Positions 8,348 to 17,699 of a stretch of DNA of 64,000 bases are shown piece after piece. Source of the DNA: an uncultured bacterium (GTDB taxonomy: Bacteria > Desulfobacterota_D > UBA1144 > Nemesobacterales > UBA2774); contig CAVPJU010000010.1 of assembly GCA_963705505.1 (NCBI GenBank), forward strand, positions 736,001-800,000, written 5' to 3'. The notes under the pieces were generated by a model. The model ran no database searches and was not told the DNA's origin. It was given only the letters and a program-made list of their open reading frames with translations. The stretch's first letter is position 1, and each line of letters opens with the position of its first letter. The position numbers and the translations under genes are program-made.

Positions 8348-10627
8348 TCAATTCAGAAGCGCGGAATCTCCGCTCCCTTTCTTGCGGCTCTGGCCCTTCC
8401 CGTTCTGCTTCGCTTCGACAGGGTTCCCCTTCTCGTCGATGCCCTTTATATTCCTGCACTTGGGATAGCCGGTGCAGCCGAGGAACTTTCCGAACTTCCC
8501 GCGCCTAACGGCCATGGGCTTGCCGCACTTTTCGCACTTTATGTCTTGACGTATCTCGGGCTCGGCCTTCTCTATAACTTTTATATTGCCCTCCGGGTCT
8601 TTCTCAAAAGCCTTGGCGTTCTTGCAGTCGGGGTACCGCGTACACGCGAGGAACTCGCCCCTCCTGCTCCGCTTTATGACCATAGGAGCGCCGCACTTGT
8701 CGCACTTTATGTCTTCGCGTACCACAGGCTCGGCCTTCTCTATAACCTTTATATTGCCCTCCGGGTCGTATTCAAAGGCCTTCGCGCTCTTGCACTCGGG
8801 GTACCGTGAGCAGGAGAGAAACTCCCCGTTCCTGCCCCATTTTATTATCATGTTCGAGCCGCAGACATCGCACTTGATATCCGTGGGTATCCCGTCCCTC
8901 TTCAGGCTCTTCATGGAATCCTGCGCCTTGTCGAGCCTCGAGGAAAATCCCGTGTAGAAACCCTTTAAGAGCTCGACCCAGTTCACGTTCCCCTCCTCCA
9001 CGTTATCGAGCTTTTCCTCCATATCCGCCGTGAACTGCACGTCCATGATCTCGGGGAAACCCTGTACGAGGAGGTCGTTCACGGAGCAGCCCAGAAGAGT
9101 CGGCTTCAGCTTGTTCTTCTCTTTATTTACGTACTCCCTGTCGATTATTGTCGAGAGGATGGTCGCGTATGTAGAGGGACGCCCTACTCCCTTCTCCTCG
9201 AGCTCCTTGACGAGCGAGCTCTCGGTGAACCTCGGAGGGGGCTGCGTGAAATGCTGCTTCCCTTCGATGCCCAGGAGATCGAGCTCCTCACCCTTCGTAA
9301 GCTCCGGGAGCTTTCTCATTTCGTCCTTCTCTTTTTCTTCCTCCTCCTCTTCCATGCCCTCGAGGTATACGGCCGAGAAGCCCGGGAATTTCACTATCGA
9401 GCCCGTAACCCTGAAAATCCCCCTGCCCGCTTTAATCTCAACCGTGGTCTGGTCGTAAATCGTCGGATTCATCTGGGAGGCGACGAACCTCTGCCAGATG
9501 AGCTTATAGAGCTGGAATTCGTCATCGGGCAGGAACTGCCTGACCGAATCGGGGAGCTTGCCTACGTAGGTGGGCCTTATCGCCTCGTGGGCGTCCTGCG
9601 CCGACTTCTTTACCTTGAACGTATTGGGTTTCTGAGGGAGGTACTCATCGCCGTAAGTCTTCTTTATTATTTCCCTCGCTTCCTGGAGCGCATTTTCGGA
9701 AATCCTCACGGAGTCCGTCCTCATATAGGTAATGAGCCCAACGGGACCCTCCTCGCCGAGCTCGATTCCCTCGTAGAGCTTCTGCGCAAGCATCATGGTC
9801 TTCTTGACTGAGAACCTGAGCTTCCGCGCTGCCTCCTGCTGTAGCGTGCTTGTGATGAAGGGGGGGAGGGCGTTCTTTTTCCTCTCCTTTCTTTCAACGG
9901 AGCTGACCGTGAATTTTTCATTTTTTACGGATTCGACGATCGAGTTCGCCCGGGATTCGTTCGGTATCTCGGCCTTTTCTCCGTCATAAGAATGAAGGAC
10001 CGCCGTGAACGAGTACTCCGGAGCGTCCTTCGCCTTTTTCAGTCCGGCCTCGATGGTCCAGTATTCTTCTGTCTTAAACGCCTCTATCTCGCGCTCCCTG
10101 TCCACGACGAGCCTGAGCGCTACGCTCTGCACCCTGCCGGCGCTGAGCCCCTTCTTGACCTTCCTCCAGAGTATCGGGCTTACCTGATACCCTACGAGGC
10201 GGTCGAGTATCCTTCTCGCCTGCTGCGCCTCGAACCTGTCCTGGCTAAGCGTCGTCGGGTGGGCTATCGAGTCCCTGACGGCGTTCTCCGTTATCTCGTG
10301 TATGAGCACGCGGTGGGATTTATCCCTTATATTCAGTTTGTCGGCTATATGCCACGCTATGGCCTCGCCTTCCCTGTCCGGGTCTGAGGCCAGGTAGACC
10401 TTGTCTGCGTCCTTGGCAGCCTTCTTCAGCTGGTTCAAATATTTGCTTTTGCCCTTTATCACCACATAGTGGGGATTGAAGTCGTTCTCTATGTCGACTC
10501 CGAGCTTGCTGCTCGGAAGGTCCACGAGATGCCCCGAAGACGCCTCGACATCGAAACTCTTCCCCAAAAACTTCTTGATGGTCTTTGCCTTGGCGGGGGA
10601 TTCAACAATTATTAGAGATTTACTCAT
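8348..10627 (-). CDS. topA: DNA topoisomerase I with three C-terminal zinc ribbons
   Basis: IVESPAKAKTI, DPDREGE, SAGRVQS, ITYMRTD and GRPSTY motifs. Confidence 0.98.
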   Translation of the reverse strand: MSKSLIIVESPAKAKTIKKFLGKSFDVEASSGHLVDLPSSKLGVDIENDFNPHYVVIKGKSKYLNQLKKAAKDADKVYLASDPDREGEAIAWHIADKLNIRDKSHRVLIHEITENAVRDSIAHPTTLSQDRFEAQQARRILDRLVGYQVSPILWRKVKKGLSAGRVQSVALRLVVDREREIEAFKTEEYWTIEAGLKKAKDAPEYSFTAVLHSYDGEKAEIPNESRANSIVESVKNEKFTVSSVERKERKKNALPPFITSTLQQEAARKLRFSVKKTMMLAQKLYEGIELGEEGPVGLITYMRTDSVRISENALQEAREIIKKTYGDEYLPQKPNTFKVKKSAQDAHEAIRPTYVGKLPDSVRQFLPDDEFQLYKLIWQRFVASQMNPTIYDQTTVEIKAGRGIFRVTGSIVKFPGFSAVYLEGMEEEEEEKEKDEMRKLPELTKGEELDLLGIEGKQHFTQPPPRFTESSLVKELEEKGVGRPSTYATILSTIIDREYVNKEKNKLKPTLLGCSVNDLLVQGFPEIMDVQFTADMEEKLDNVEEGNVNWVELLKGFYTGFSSRLDKAQDSMKSLKRDGIPTDIKCDVCGSNMIIKWGRNGEFLSCSRYPECKSAKAFEYDPEGNIKVIEKAEPVVREDIKCDKCGAPMVIKRSRRGEFLACTRYPDCKNAKAFEKDPEGNIKVIEKAEPEIRQDIKCEKCGKPMAVRRGKFGKFLGCTGYPKCRNIKGIDEKGNPVEAKQNGKGQSRKKGSGDSALLN
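8521..8875. repeat. 168-nt-period intragenic duplication encoding TopA zinc-ribbon plus linker units
   Basis: ggctcggccttctctataac.tttatattgccctccgggtc at 8559 and 8727; protein repeat CxRYPxCKxAKAFExDPEGNIKVIEKAEP. Confidence 0.85.
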
Positions 10628-11011
10628 TCACCCTCCTATTCCCTATGTTTAAGCTATTTATCGAAAATTTAAGCATAAATAAAACCGTTTCAATCTTTAC
10701 CTAAAAGAATACAGGCATTTTACCTGAATATATTCCGATGCAAATAAAAGACATCGGATGCAGTTCTGCCGAAAGTTTTTATCTATTCGCAAACGCCCGG
10801 CCTGAATCTCTATTGAAAACTATATGACACAATTTGTTAGATTGTCCTCAAATTTGTCGAACATTCAAGTATGAACACCCCCGAATTGAAATCCGCAAAT
10901 GAAACACTGATTAAATTCGTACTCGACGCAGACAACGTAACAATCCATGAATAATCAAGAATTTTCCAATCTCAAATGAAGGGGCGGGAAGGGATTAAAT
11001 AAAATCCCTTC

Positions 11012-11029
11012 CGGCACAATAATTGCCAA
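11012..11029 (+). promoter_or_regulatory. sigma54 (-24/-12) promoter motif upstream of LuxR-family gene
   Basis: CGGCAC-AATAA-TTGC with GG at 11013-14 and GC at 11025-26; preceded by a 10-bp inverted repeat GGAAGGGATT-N6-AATCCCTTCC (10987-11012). Confidence 0.65.
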
Positions 11030-11038
11030 TTCATTTAT

Positions 11039-11650
11039 ATGGGTAGCTCTATGCCCGACAGAAAAATTAAAATAGTCCTCGTATCAAGCTCCAAGCTTTT
11101 TCTCGACGGACTGCGGAAAATCCTCGAATTCGAGGCCGATATATATGTTGCAGCCGAGACATCGGGCATAAGGGAATTGAATGCCTGCGTAAAGGAATAC
11201 AACCCGAAAGCCGTATTTATAGATAACAGAGAGGACGAGTACGACATTGAAAAAATACTGAGATCTAAAAATATCAGAGCCAGCAATACTAAAGTAATCC
11301 TTTTTACGGAGAGGGACGCGAGCGGACTCGATGCCCCCAACCTTATAAGAGTAAATCACGAAACCAGCACGTCCGAGCTTGTCAGGATAATACGGAACGG
11401 AGCCGACAAAGAAACCAAACACGAAAACCCGAAGTTAAAAGAACTGGAATTTAATAAGATCACCAAAACCGAATCCAGGATTATCAAACTGATCGCAGCC
11501 GGTGAGAGCAATAAAGCTATCGCGGAGAAGCTTGCGATCAGCGAGAAGACAGTCAAGGCGCACATCACCAACATATTCGAGAAGCTTAATATACAGAACA
11601 GGTATCAGCTCATGGTATTCGGAAGGAGAAATAAAGAGATAAATCTTTAA
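11039..11650 (+). CDS. LuxR/NarL-family regulator with degenerate receiver domain
   Basis: C-terminal TKTESRIIKLIAAGESNKAIAEKLAISEKTVKAHITNIFEKL HTH; receiver lacks the acidic pair; start 11039 or 11051. Confidence 0.88.
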   Translation: MGSSMPDRKIKIVLVSSSKLFLDGLRKILEFEADIYVAAETSGIRELNACVKEYNPKAVFIDNREDEYDIEKILRSKNIRASNTKVILFTERDASGLDAPNLIRVNHETSTSELVRIIRNGADKETKHENPKLKELEFNKITKTESRIIKLIAAGESNKAIAEKLAISEKTVKAHITNIFEKLNIQNRYQLMVFGRRNKEINL

Positions 11651-11778
11651 CCGGGATTCATTTTAGTTAAAAATAAGAACCCCAGCCGGAAGACCTGCTG
11701 TAAGGGCTTGTGCAGTTCAGAGCATTGGCAAATTTTTTTGGCTGAAATATCCGTATAAATTGACCTTGTACTCTCCGA

Positions 11779-12372
11779 CTATCCCTTCTTCACCGTTATC
11801 TCCACTCTCCGGTTTTTCTGCCGTCCTTCCGGGTTATCGCTTCCATCGGGATTTTCGTTGGGGGCCACGGGGTCTGCTTCTCCCATGCCTTTTGTAGTTA
11901 TCTTTTTATTGCCGACCCCGCCCTTTTTCACGAGCCACTCTTTTACAGACGCGGCGCGCCTGTCCGAGAGCTTGAGGTTATAGGAGTCCGAGCCCTTTGA
12001 ATCGGTATAGCCCTCGATCAAAACAGCGGCATTGGGGTATTTGTTTATAACTTCCGCAACCTGGGTAAGCACGGGCTCCGCCGCCGGGCGAATATCCCAT
12101 TTATCAAAATCAAAAAGAATGTCTCCCGAGAGCTCGATCCTTATCTCGGTTTCAGTTTCCTTTACCTGCAGATCCAGGGCTTCCCCTTTTAGGTCTTCGA
12201 CTCTGAAAATAATGTCCAGAACCCGCGGCTCCAGGTCTTCTTGAGCGTTTGCAGCACCCAGAATAAAGACTGCGGGAATGAGGATACCGACGACCGAGAA
12301 CAGGCAGCCTCCTCTTTTTATCGAGCAAATCAAATTTAACATGATAACCTCCCCGGACAGTACCTTATTCAA
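11779..12372 (-). CDS. OmpA C-terminal-like (peptidoglycan-binding) domain protein
   Basis: ILFDFDK, IEGYTDSKG..YNLKLSDRRA and GRQKNRRVEI motifs; no beta-barrel; start uncertain. Confidence 0.9.
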   Translation of the reverse strand: MNKVLSGEVIMLNLICSIKRGGCLFSVVGILIPAVFILGAANAQEDLEPRVLDIIFRVEDLKGEALDLQVKETETEIRIELSGDILFDFDKWDIRPAAEPVLTQVAEVINKYPNAAVLIEGYTDSKGSDSYNLKLSDRRAASVKEWLVKKGGVGNKKITTKGMGEADPVAPNENPDGSDNPEGRQKNRRVEITVKKG

Positions 12373-12435
12373 CCCACGCCCTTATGAAGCGACGGCAGAG
12401 GACAGATCGGTCGGAACACAAGAAATCGAGCTTCC

Positions 12436-13008
12436 CTACTTGCTAATAGGAACGTCATCCATCGGAATAAAATGGGGTATCTCTACGGTTATCTTTTCTA
12501 CGCTCTCCGGAGGTGCGGGGAACTTGGCATACAGATTCGCGCGTGACCCGGGCTGAACATCCTTTAAACTGCGGCTGCACACACATTTCCCATCCGAGTC
12601 CCGCAGCACCAGGTATTTCTTTTTGCCGGCCGCATCAACCAAATTGACTCCGCCTACGCTGTTAAAATCAATGGTCCCGTACTTTCCTTCCTCCCCAAAG
12701 TCGTAACTGAAACCCATCGCCTCGGACGAATCATTGATTATCGTAAACTTTAATGTAAGTGTATTGCCGCTCGTGCGCTTAAGCTCCGTGACTTCCAGCT
12801 TTACATCCGGATATTCACCGTCCGTCGCAGCCAGAACTGATGGAGTTTTCGCAGCAGGTGTTGAAGCGGGCGGGGCTGCTTCCTCGCCTTCTTTCACCTC
12901 CTCGTCCTGGGCTTTGAGAAAGCCGCCAAAAGAAAGGGTCGTGACTAAGGAAATAAAAAATACATAAAAGAAATACTTCATCCGAATCAAACTGATTGTT
13001 AAGTGCAT
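12436..13008 (-). CDS. hypothetical secreted protein, probable partner of the OmpA-domain protein
   Basis: Signal-like N-terminus, AP-rich linker, KKYLVLRDSDGKCVCS and YAKFPAPP; GAGGGG RBS. Confidence 0.8.
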   Translation of the reverse strand: MHLTISLIRMKYFFYVFFISLVTTLSFGGFLKAQDEEVKEGEEAAPPASTPAAKTPSVLAATDGEYPDVKLEVTELKRTSGNTLTLKFTIINDSSEAMGFSYDFGEEGKYGTIDFNSVGGVNLVDAAGKKKYLVLRDSDGKCVCSRSLKDVQPGSRANLYAKFPAPPESVEKITVEIPHFIPMDDVPISK

Positions 13009-13041
13009 GGTACCCCCTCCCTCTTAAGTCAACTTCCCCAT

Positions 13042-13071
13042 ATCATAGCAAAATAGGGTTTAATCTGTCAA
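13042..13071 (-). promoter_or_regulatory. sigma70-type promoter for the secreted protein/OmpA pair
   Basis: TTGACA-N18-TATGAT with extended TGn on minus strand. Confidence 0.6.
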
Positions 13072-13326
13072 TCGGCTATTTCACCCGGATGAAATCCCTC
13101 AGAATTTCTTCGCTTTATCCGGTATTTACGACTTGCCTGAAAAATAACTACCTCAGAACTATGACCTGGCTCGGAAAAGTATTTGCAGGATAAGAGTAAG
13201 AGGTTTGAATGAGATACGGTTTTACGGCTAAGACAAATTAAGCAATTCAATCTTAATCATTCGAGATCAGAAGTAGAAGAATACAGATAAGTGCTCATAA
13301 CGAAAAAACATCTGCGCTTTTTCGGT

Positions 13327-14634
13327 TCAGGACGTACCGATCCCCACGCCGAAATATTTAAACCCTATCTTTTCCAATCTCCGCGGATCGTATAGGTTCC
13401 TGCCGTCAAAAATAACATAGTCTTTCATAAGCTCCTTCATCTTGGTAAAATCGGGCTGCCTGTACTCATTCCACTCTGTATTTATAACAAGGGCGTGCGC
13501 CCCTTTGCAGGCATCGTAGTTAGAGCCCCCGTAAAGGACCTTATTACCGTAATGTTTTTTCGCATTTTCCATGGCTACGGGGTCGTGAACCACTACTTCA
13601 GCGCCGCTCGAAATGAGTTTATCTATAATATAGAGGGAGGGCGCTTCCCTTATATCGTCAGTTTCTGGCTTGAATGAAATGCCCCAGACCCCGAATCTCT
13701 TGCCTTTGAGACCGCCCTTGAAATAACCCGTGATCTTATTCCAGAATAGCTCCCTCTGTCTCGTATTCACTTCGTCGGTAGCCCTGCAGACTTTGAGGTC
13801 GTAACCGAGCGCGCTTCCCGTGTTTATAAGCGCTTTCACGTCTTTCGGGAAACAGGAGCCGCCGTAACCTATGCCCGGGAAGAGGAAGTGACGCCCGATC
13901 CTCCCGTCAGAGCCTATCGCCACTCTTATCTCCGATATATCGGCCCCTACGAGCTCGCACAGGTTGGCGATGTCGTTCATGAATGAGATCCTCGTGGCGA
14001 GCATGGCGTTCGCCGTGTATTTCGCAAGCTCGGACGACCTTATCGATACGACGATAGCCCTGTCGCTCGAGCGCATGAAAGCGGAATAGAGCTCTTTCAG
14101 AATCCCGCCGACAGCCGGCTTATCGACGCCTATAATCACCCTGTCGGGCTTCATAAAGTCCTCGACCGCGTCTCCTTCTTTCAGGAACTCGGGGTTCGAT
14201 GCGACATCGAACTCTATATCCGTAAGCTTCCTGATCTCATCGCGTATCATCTCGGTCGTCCCGACGGGCACGGTGCTCTTCGTAACGATTATCTTGTAAT
14301 CGTCCATGTTCTCCCCTATCGACCTGGCGACGCTCAATACGGCGTCCATGTTCGCAGAGCCGTCGTGGTTGGGCGGGGTCCCGACCGCGATAAGGATGAT
14401 AAAAGAGTTCTTCACCGCGTAACCGACATCGGTCGTAAAATGGAGACGCTCCTCCCTCAGGTTCTTTTTTACGATCTCTTCGAGGCCGGGCTCGTAAAAG
14501 GGCACGTGTCCTTTTTTCAAACTCTTTACTTTCTTCTCGTCGATATCGACGCAGATTACGTTGTTGCCGCTCCCGGCAAGGCAGGCCCCGGTGACAAGCC
14601 CCACGTAACCTGTACCTATAACGCTCAGATTCAT
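13327..14634 (-). CDS. ugd: UDP-glucose/GDP-mannose dehydrogenase family protein
   Basis: GTGYVG, KSTVPVGT, NPEFLKEG, GYGGSCFPKD and FDGRN motifs. Confidence 0.93.
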   Translation of the reverse strand: MNLSVIGTGYVGLVTGACLAGSGNNVICVDIDEKKVKSLKKGHVPFYEPGLEEIVKKNLREERLHFTTDVGYAVKNSFIILIAVGTPPNHDGSANMDAVLSVARSIGENMDDYKIIVTKSTVPVGTTEMIRDEIRKLTDIEFDVASNPEFLKEGDAVEDFMKPDRVIIGVDKPAVGGILKELYSAFMRSSDRAIVVSIRSSELAKYTANAMLATRISFMNDIANLCELVGADISEIRVAIGSDGRIGRHFLFPGIGYGGSCFPKDVKALINTGSALGYDLKVCRATDEVNTRQRELFWNKITGYFKGGLKGKRFGVWGISFKPETDDIREAPSLYIIDKLISSGAEVVVHDPVAMENAKKHYGNKVLYGGSNYDACKGAHALVINTEWNEYRQPDFTKMKELMKDYVIFDGRNLYDPRRLEKIGFKYFGVGIGTS

Positions 14635-14799
14635 GCCGAATGCTCCTTATCAAATATCGGGAAGAACTTCATAAACGAATCATCTGGAATTGCTTTATCG
14701 CGAAACGATCAGAGCTTTAATTTAGTTCCTTTTCAGGAGTTAATCAAGGACGAGCATCGAAATGCCTTTATTTACGGCGCTTCGGATTATTTGGTCTCT

Positions 14800-15483
14800 T
14801 TAACTGACGAGCCCGTGGCGGAACCCGAATAAAATAAGCTCAGACCTGTTTTTCACCTTGAGCTTCTTAAATACTTTGTAAAGGTGAAATTTCACGGTTT
14901 TCTCGCTTATATAAAGCTCATCCGCTACGCCCTTGTTCGTATAACCGGTAAGGACGAGCTTTATTATTTTTATCTCAGTCTCCGTGAGGTCGTATATCTC
15001 CCCCTTCCCCCTGACGGTCTTAGACGGATATGCAGAACCGTCGAGCACCTTGCCCATCAGCTTCCTTTCGACCCACAATTCACCGCTGTGCACCGCTACG
15101 ACGGATTTTATGAGGTGTTTCGAATCCGTGTCCTTTACAAGATACCCCCTAACGCCCGACCTGATAGCGTTTATCAGAAGATTTTCGTTATAGTCGTTAT
15201 CTATAATCAAAATTACCTTGGCTGCCCGATTTTTTTTAGTAAGGCTCAGTATCCTTGCGAGATTGATGCCGCGGAGGTCCACGTCGAGGAGCAAAATATC
15301 GAACTCGTGCTCTTCGCAGGACTGAATGAGGTCGATGAGGTTCGAAACCCTTGAAACAACGTCTATATTCTTGTCATCCTCGAGAATCTTGGATATGCCC
15401 TCCCTCAAAAGTGGGAAATGGCATGCCACGACCGTTCTGATAGGCTTGGTATTATTAGTCGGTGCTGCTTCGGGCTGTGACAT
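14800..15483 (-). CDS. LuxR/NarL-family response regulator (atypical receiver)
   Basis: LLLDVD receiver core, GVRGYLVK, HTH TNKGVADELYISEKTVKFHLYKVFKKL. Confidence 0.9.
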   Translation of the reverse strand: MSQPEAAPTNNTKPIRTVVACHFPLLREGISKILEDDKNIDVVSRVSNLIDLIQSCEEHEFDILLLDVDLRGINLARILSLTKKNRAAKVILIIDNDYNENLLINAIRSGVRGYLVKDTDSKHLIKSVVAVHSGELWVERKLMGKVLDGSAYPSKTVRGKGEIYDLTETEIKIIKLVLTGYTNKGVADELYISEKTVKFHLYKVFKKLKVKNRSELILFGFRHGLVS

Positions 15484-15653
15484 CTTATCAATCCGTCCCC
15501 GGTATCGAATCCGTCAAAACGGGGAATTTATACGAATACACTACAACTACTAATAATACTTAAGATTTTATTATAATTACAATACCAAAGTCTTACAATG
15601 TCAACATACTTTGGTTTAGCAGGGTTAAAACTAAAGTTAAGGAGGATTGATTT

Positions 15654-16757
15654 TTATACTCTGCGGCGAAAAAGCTTTCCCGGATGCTGGGCGATAAAAC
15701 CGTTAAGCTCGAGTGAAAGCAAGAGTGAAAGCACATTTGAAACCTCAAGCCCCGTGAGCTTTATTATTTCATCGACATGAAGAGGCTCGCCGCCGAGGAC
15801 GGAATATACCGCTTTCTCCCGGTCGGAGAGTGACGAGAGTACTTTTTCAAGTGATTCAATCGAGTCCTCCCCCTTAAGACCCCTCAAGACCTCGATCTCA
15901 TTCAATATATCGTCCACGGTCTCCACGAGCTTGGCTCCCTTCTTTATGAGCCAGTTGGTGCCGCGGGAGAGCTTCCTGTCCACGTTTCCGGGAACGGCGA
16001 AGACCTCCTTATTCTGGTCAAGCGCAAATGAAGCGCTGATGAGGGAGCCGCTCTTGTCAGATGCCTGTACGACGACCACTCCCAGTGAAATGCCGCTTAT
16101 TATCCTGTTTCTCTTGGGGAAGTTCTGGGCGATGGGCGGAGTGCCGATGAGGAATTCGGAGAGCACAGCGCCGTTCCCGGAAATATCCTTATAAAGCTTC
16201 TTATTCTCGGGGGGATAGACGACGTCGATACCCGAGCCTAGGACGGCGATCGTACGCCCTCCCCTCTTGAGCGCCTCCTCCTGAGCCATGGAATCTATCC
16301 CGCGCGCCATACCGCTCACTATAGTCACGCCCAGAGCGGCAAGCTCACCCGCGAGGGCTTCTGTAACGAGCCTGCCGTACTTATCGGGGATCCTCGAGCC
16401 GACTATAGCGACCGAGAGCCTGTCCCGGGGCATAAGATTCCCTTTCATGAAAAGGAAGGGGGGCGGGTTGTAAATCTGGACCAGGTGCTCGGGATAGAGG
16501 GGATCATTCAGGGAGAGGAACGTGTATCCCGAGCGCTTTATCTTTTCGACCTCTTCATCCACCCTTTGCCAGTCGTTAAAACTCTTAATTGCCTGAACGG
16601 TCTTCTCGCCGATGCCCTCTACTTCGGAGAGTTCTTTCGCGGAAGCCTTGAACACGTCCTCGGCTTTGCGGAATCTGGAAAAGAGGCTTTTTGTGTGGAC
16701 GTCCCCGAGCCCGTTCACGAAGCTCAGGGCGATCCAGTATCTGGCGTCATCCTGCAT
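15654..16757 (-). CDS. dprA: DNA processing protein DprA
   Basis: VAIVGSR, VSGMARGID, FPKRNRIISG and EVFAVPG motifs, C-terminal winged helix. Confidence 0.97.
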   Translation of the reverse strand: MQDDARYWIALSFVNGLGDVHTKSLFSRFRKAEDVFKASAKELSEVEGIGEKTVQAIKSFNDWQRVDEEVEKIKRSGYTFLSLNDPLYPEHLVQIYNPPPFLFMKGNLMPRDRLSVAIVGSRIPDKYGRLVTEALAGELAALGVTIVSGMARGIDSMAQEEALKRGGRTIAVLGSGIDVVYPPENKKLYKDISGNGAVLSEFLIGTPPIAQNFPKRNRIISGISLGVVVVQASDKSGSLISASFALDQNKEVFAVPGNVDRKLSRGTNWLIKKGAKLVETVDDILNEIEVLRGLKGEDSIESLEKVLSSLSDREKAVYSVLGGEPLHVDEIIKLTGLEVSNVLSLLLSLELNGFIAQHPGKLFRRRV

Positions 16758-16799
16758 GGAGGAAAGTAATAAACCCGAACCGGGGGTTCAGTCAAGATT

Positions 16800-17240
16800 G
16801 GAGGGAGGCGGGATGACGTCCATCGATCCTTCGATAAACTCAGGACAGGCTCCTGCTCAGGACGAACGGGGTTACAAGGTTAGATTGCCGTGCTACGTTT
16901 CAATGCGCTTACTGTGACAAAGAAAAGGCAAAGATAATATCTTCTTTGTCTTGATACAAAGAAGCAAAAATCAAGACTACACAGAATGTCGGGGAAGAAA
17001 ACACAATATCCCCCCTAAACCTATTTTGGCCTAGGCTACGATGAGCCGGAAGTTAATTTACTCAGCCGCCTTTGTTGGTATGGCGTCCGAATGCTTGCTC
17101 GCTCGCATTCGTTCTTTTTCTAAGGAGAGGGTAAAAAGCATAAGATGAGATCCTGAAATAAATTCAGGATGACGACAATGAAGATTTCTCTCTGCGTTCG
17201 AAATGACAACCTTTCCCTTACTCCCAAGGGGGAAATTTAG
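16800..17240. repeat. intergenic mosaic of REP-like small palindromic elements, cluster 1
   Basis: gatccttcgataaactcaggac, GCTCAGGACGAACGGG (16855-16870), ATCCTGAA-ATAAA-TTCAGGAT (17150-17170), GAATGC..GCATTC hairpin; no credible CDS. Confidence 0.65.
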
Positions 17241-17258
17241 AGAATATAAGGAATCCTT

Positions 17259-17558
17259 TTAGTCATGATGGAGCTTCTCGCCGAGGCTCTTCATTTTCCC
17301 TTCCATAGTATAGGGCTTGTCGGTCCTCTCGCTTATCCTGAGCGATGTGCTTATCCGCTCGACGCCCTTTGCCCGGAGCGCCTCGTGACATTTCCTCACA
17401 AGAGGGATTATATCCTCCCAGCCGCACTCGATGTTGGTCCCCATCGAATGGGACTCGTACTTAAGACCGCTCGCCTCTATAACCCTCATGACATCAGCCA
17501 CGTATTCCGAGAGCGAGGTGCCCGCCCCTATCGGGATTATGCTCAACTCGATTATCAT
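17259..17558 (-). CDS. MTH1187-family (thiamine-binding domain) protein
   Basis: ELSIIPIG..SLSEYVA, YESHSMGTNIE and RISERTDK pattern, 99 aa. Confidence 0.88.
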   Translation of the reverse strand: MIIELSIIPIGAGTSLSEYVADVMRVIEASGLKYESHSMGTNIECGWEDIIPLVRKCHEALRAKGVERISTSLRISERTDKPYTMEGKMKSLGEKLHHD

Positions 17559-17699
17559 ATTTTTATCTCCCAGGGAATAACGATTTCACTCATATGATAC
17601 TACAACACGCAGGGCGCCTTTTGCATACCCGTCCTCGTCCGATAAGCTCTTGATATGGGGGATATCATGACTTCTAAGAACGTTGAAGGAGGATAGAGT

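Noticed and set aside
16800..17240. Possible CRISPR array or IS element in the palindrome-rich spacers (also 56330-56640)
   Set aside because: No regularly spaced identical repeats, no cas or transposase gene, and no terminal inverted repeats with target duplication seen
17559..17699. TPP riboswitch between two thiamine-associated families
   Set aside because: Conserved CTGAGA core and associated stems not found
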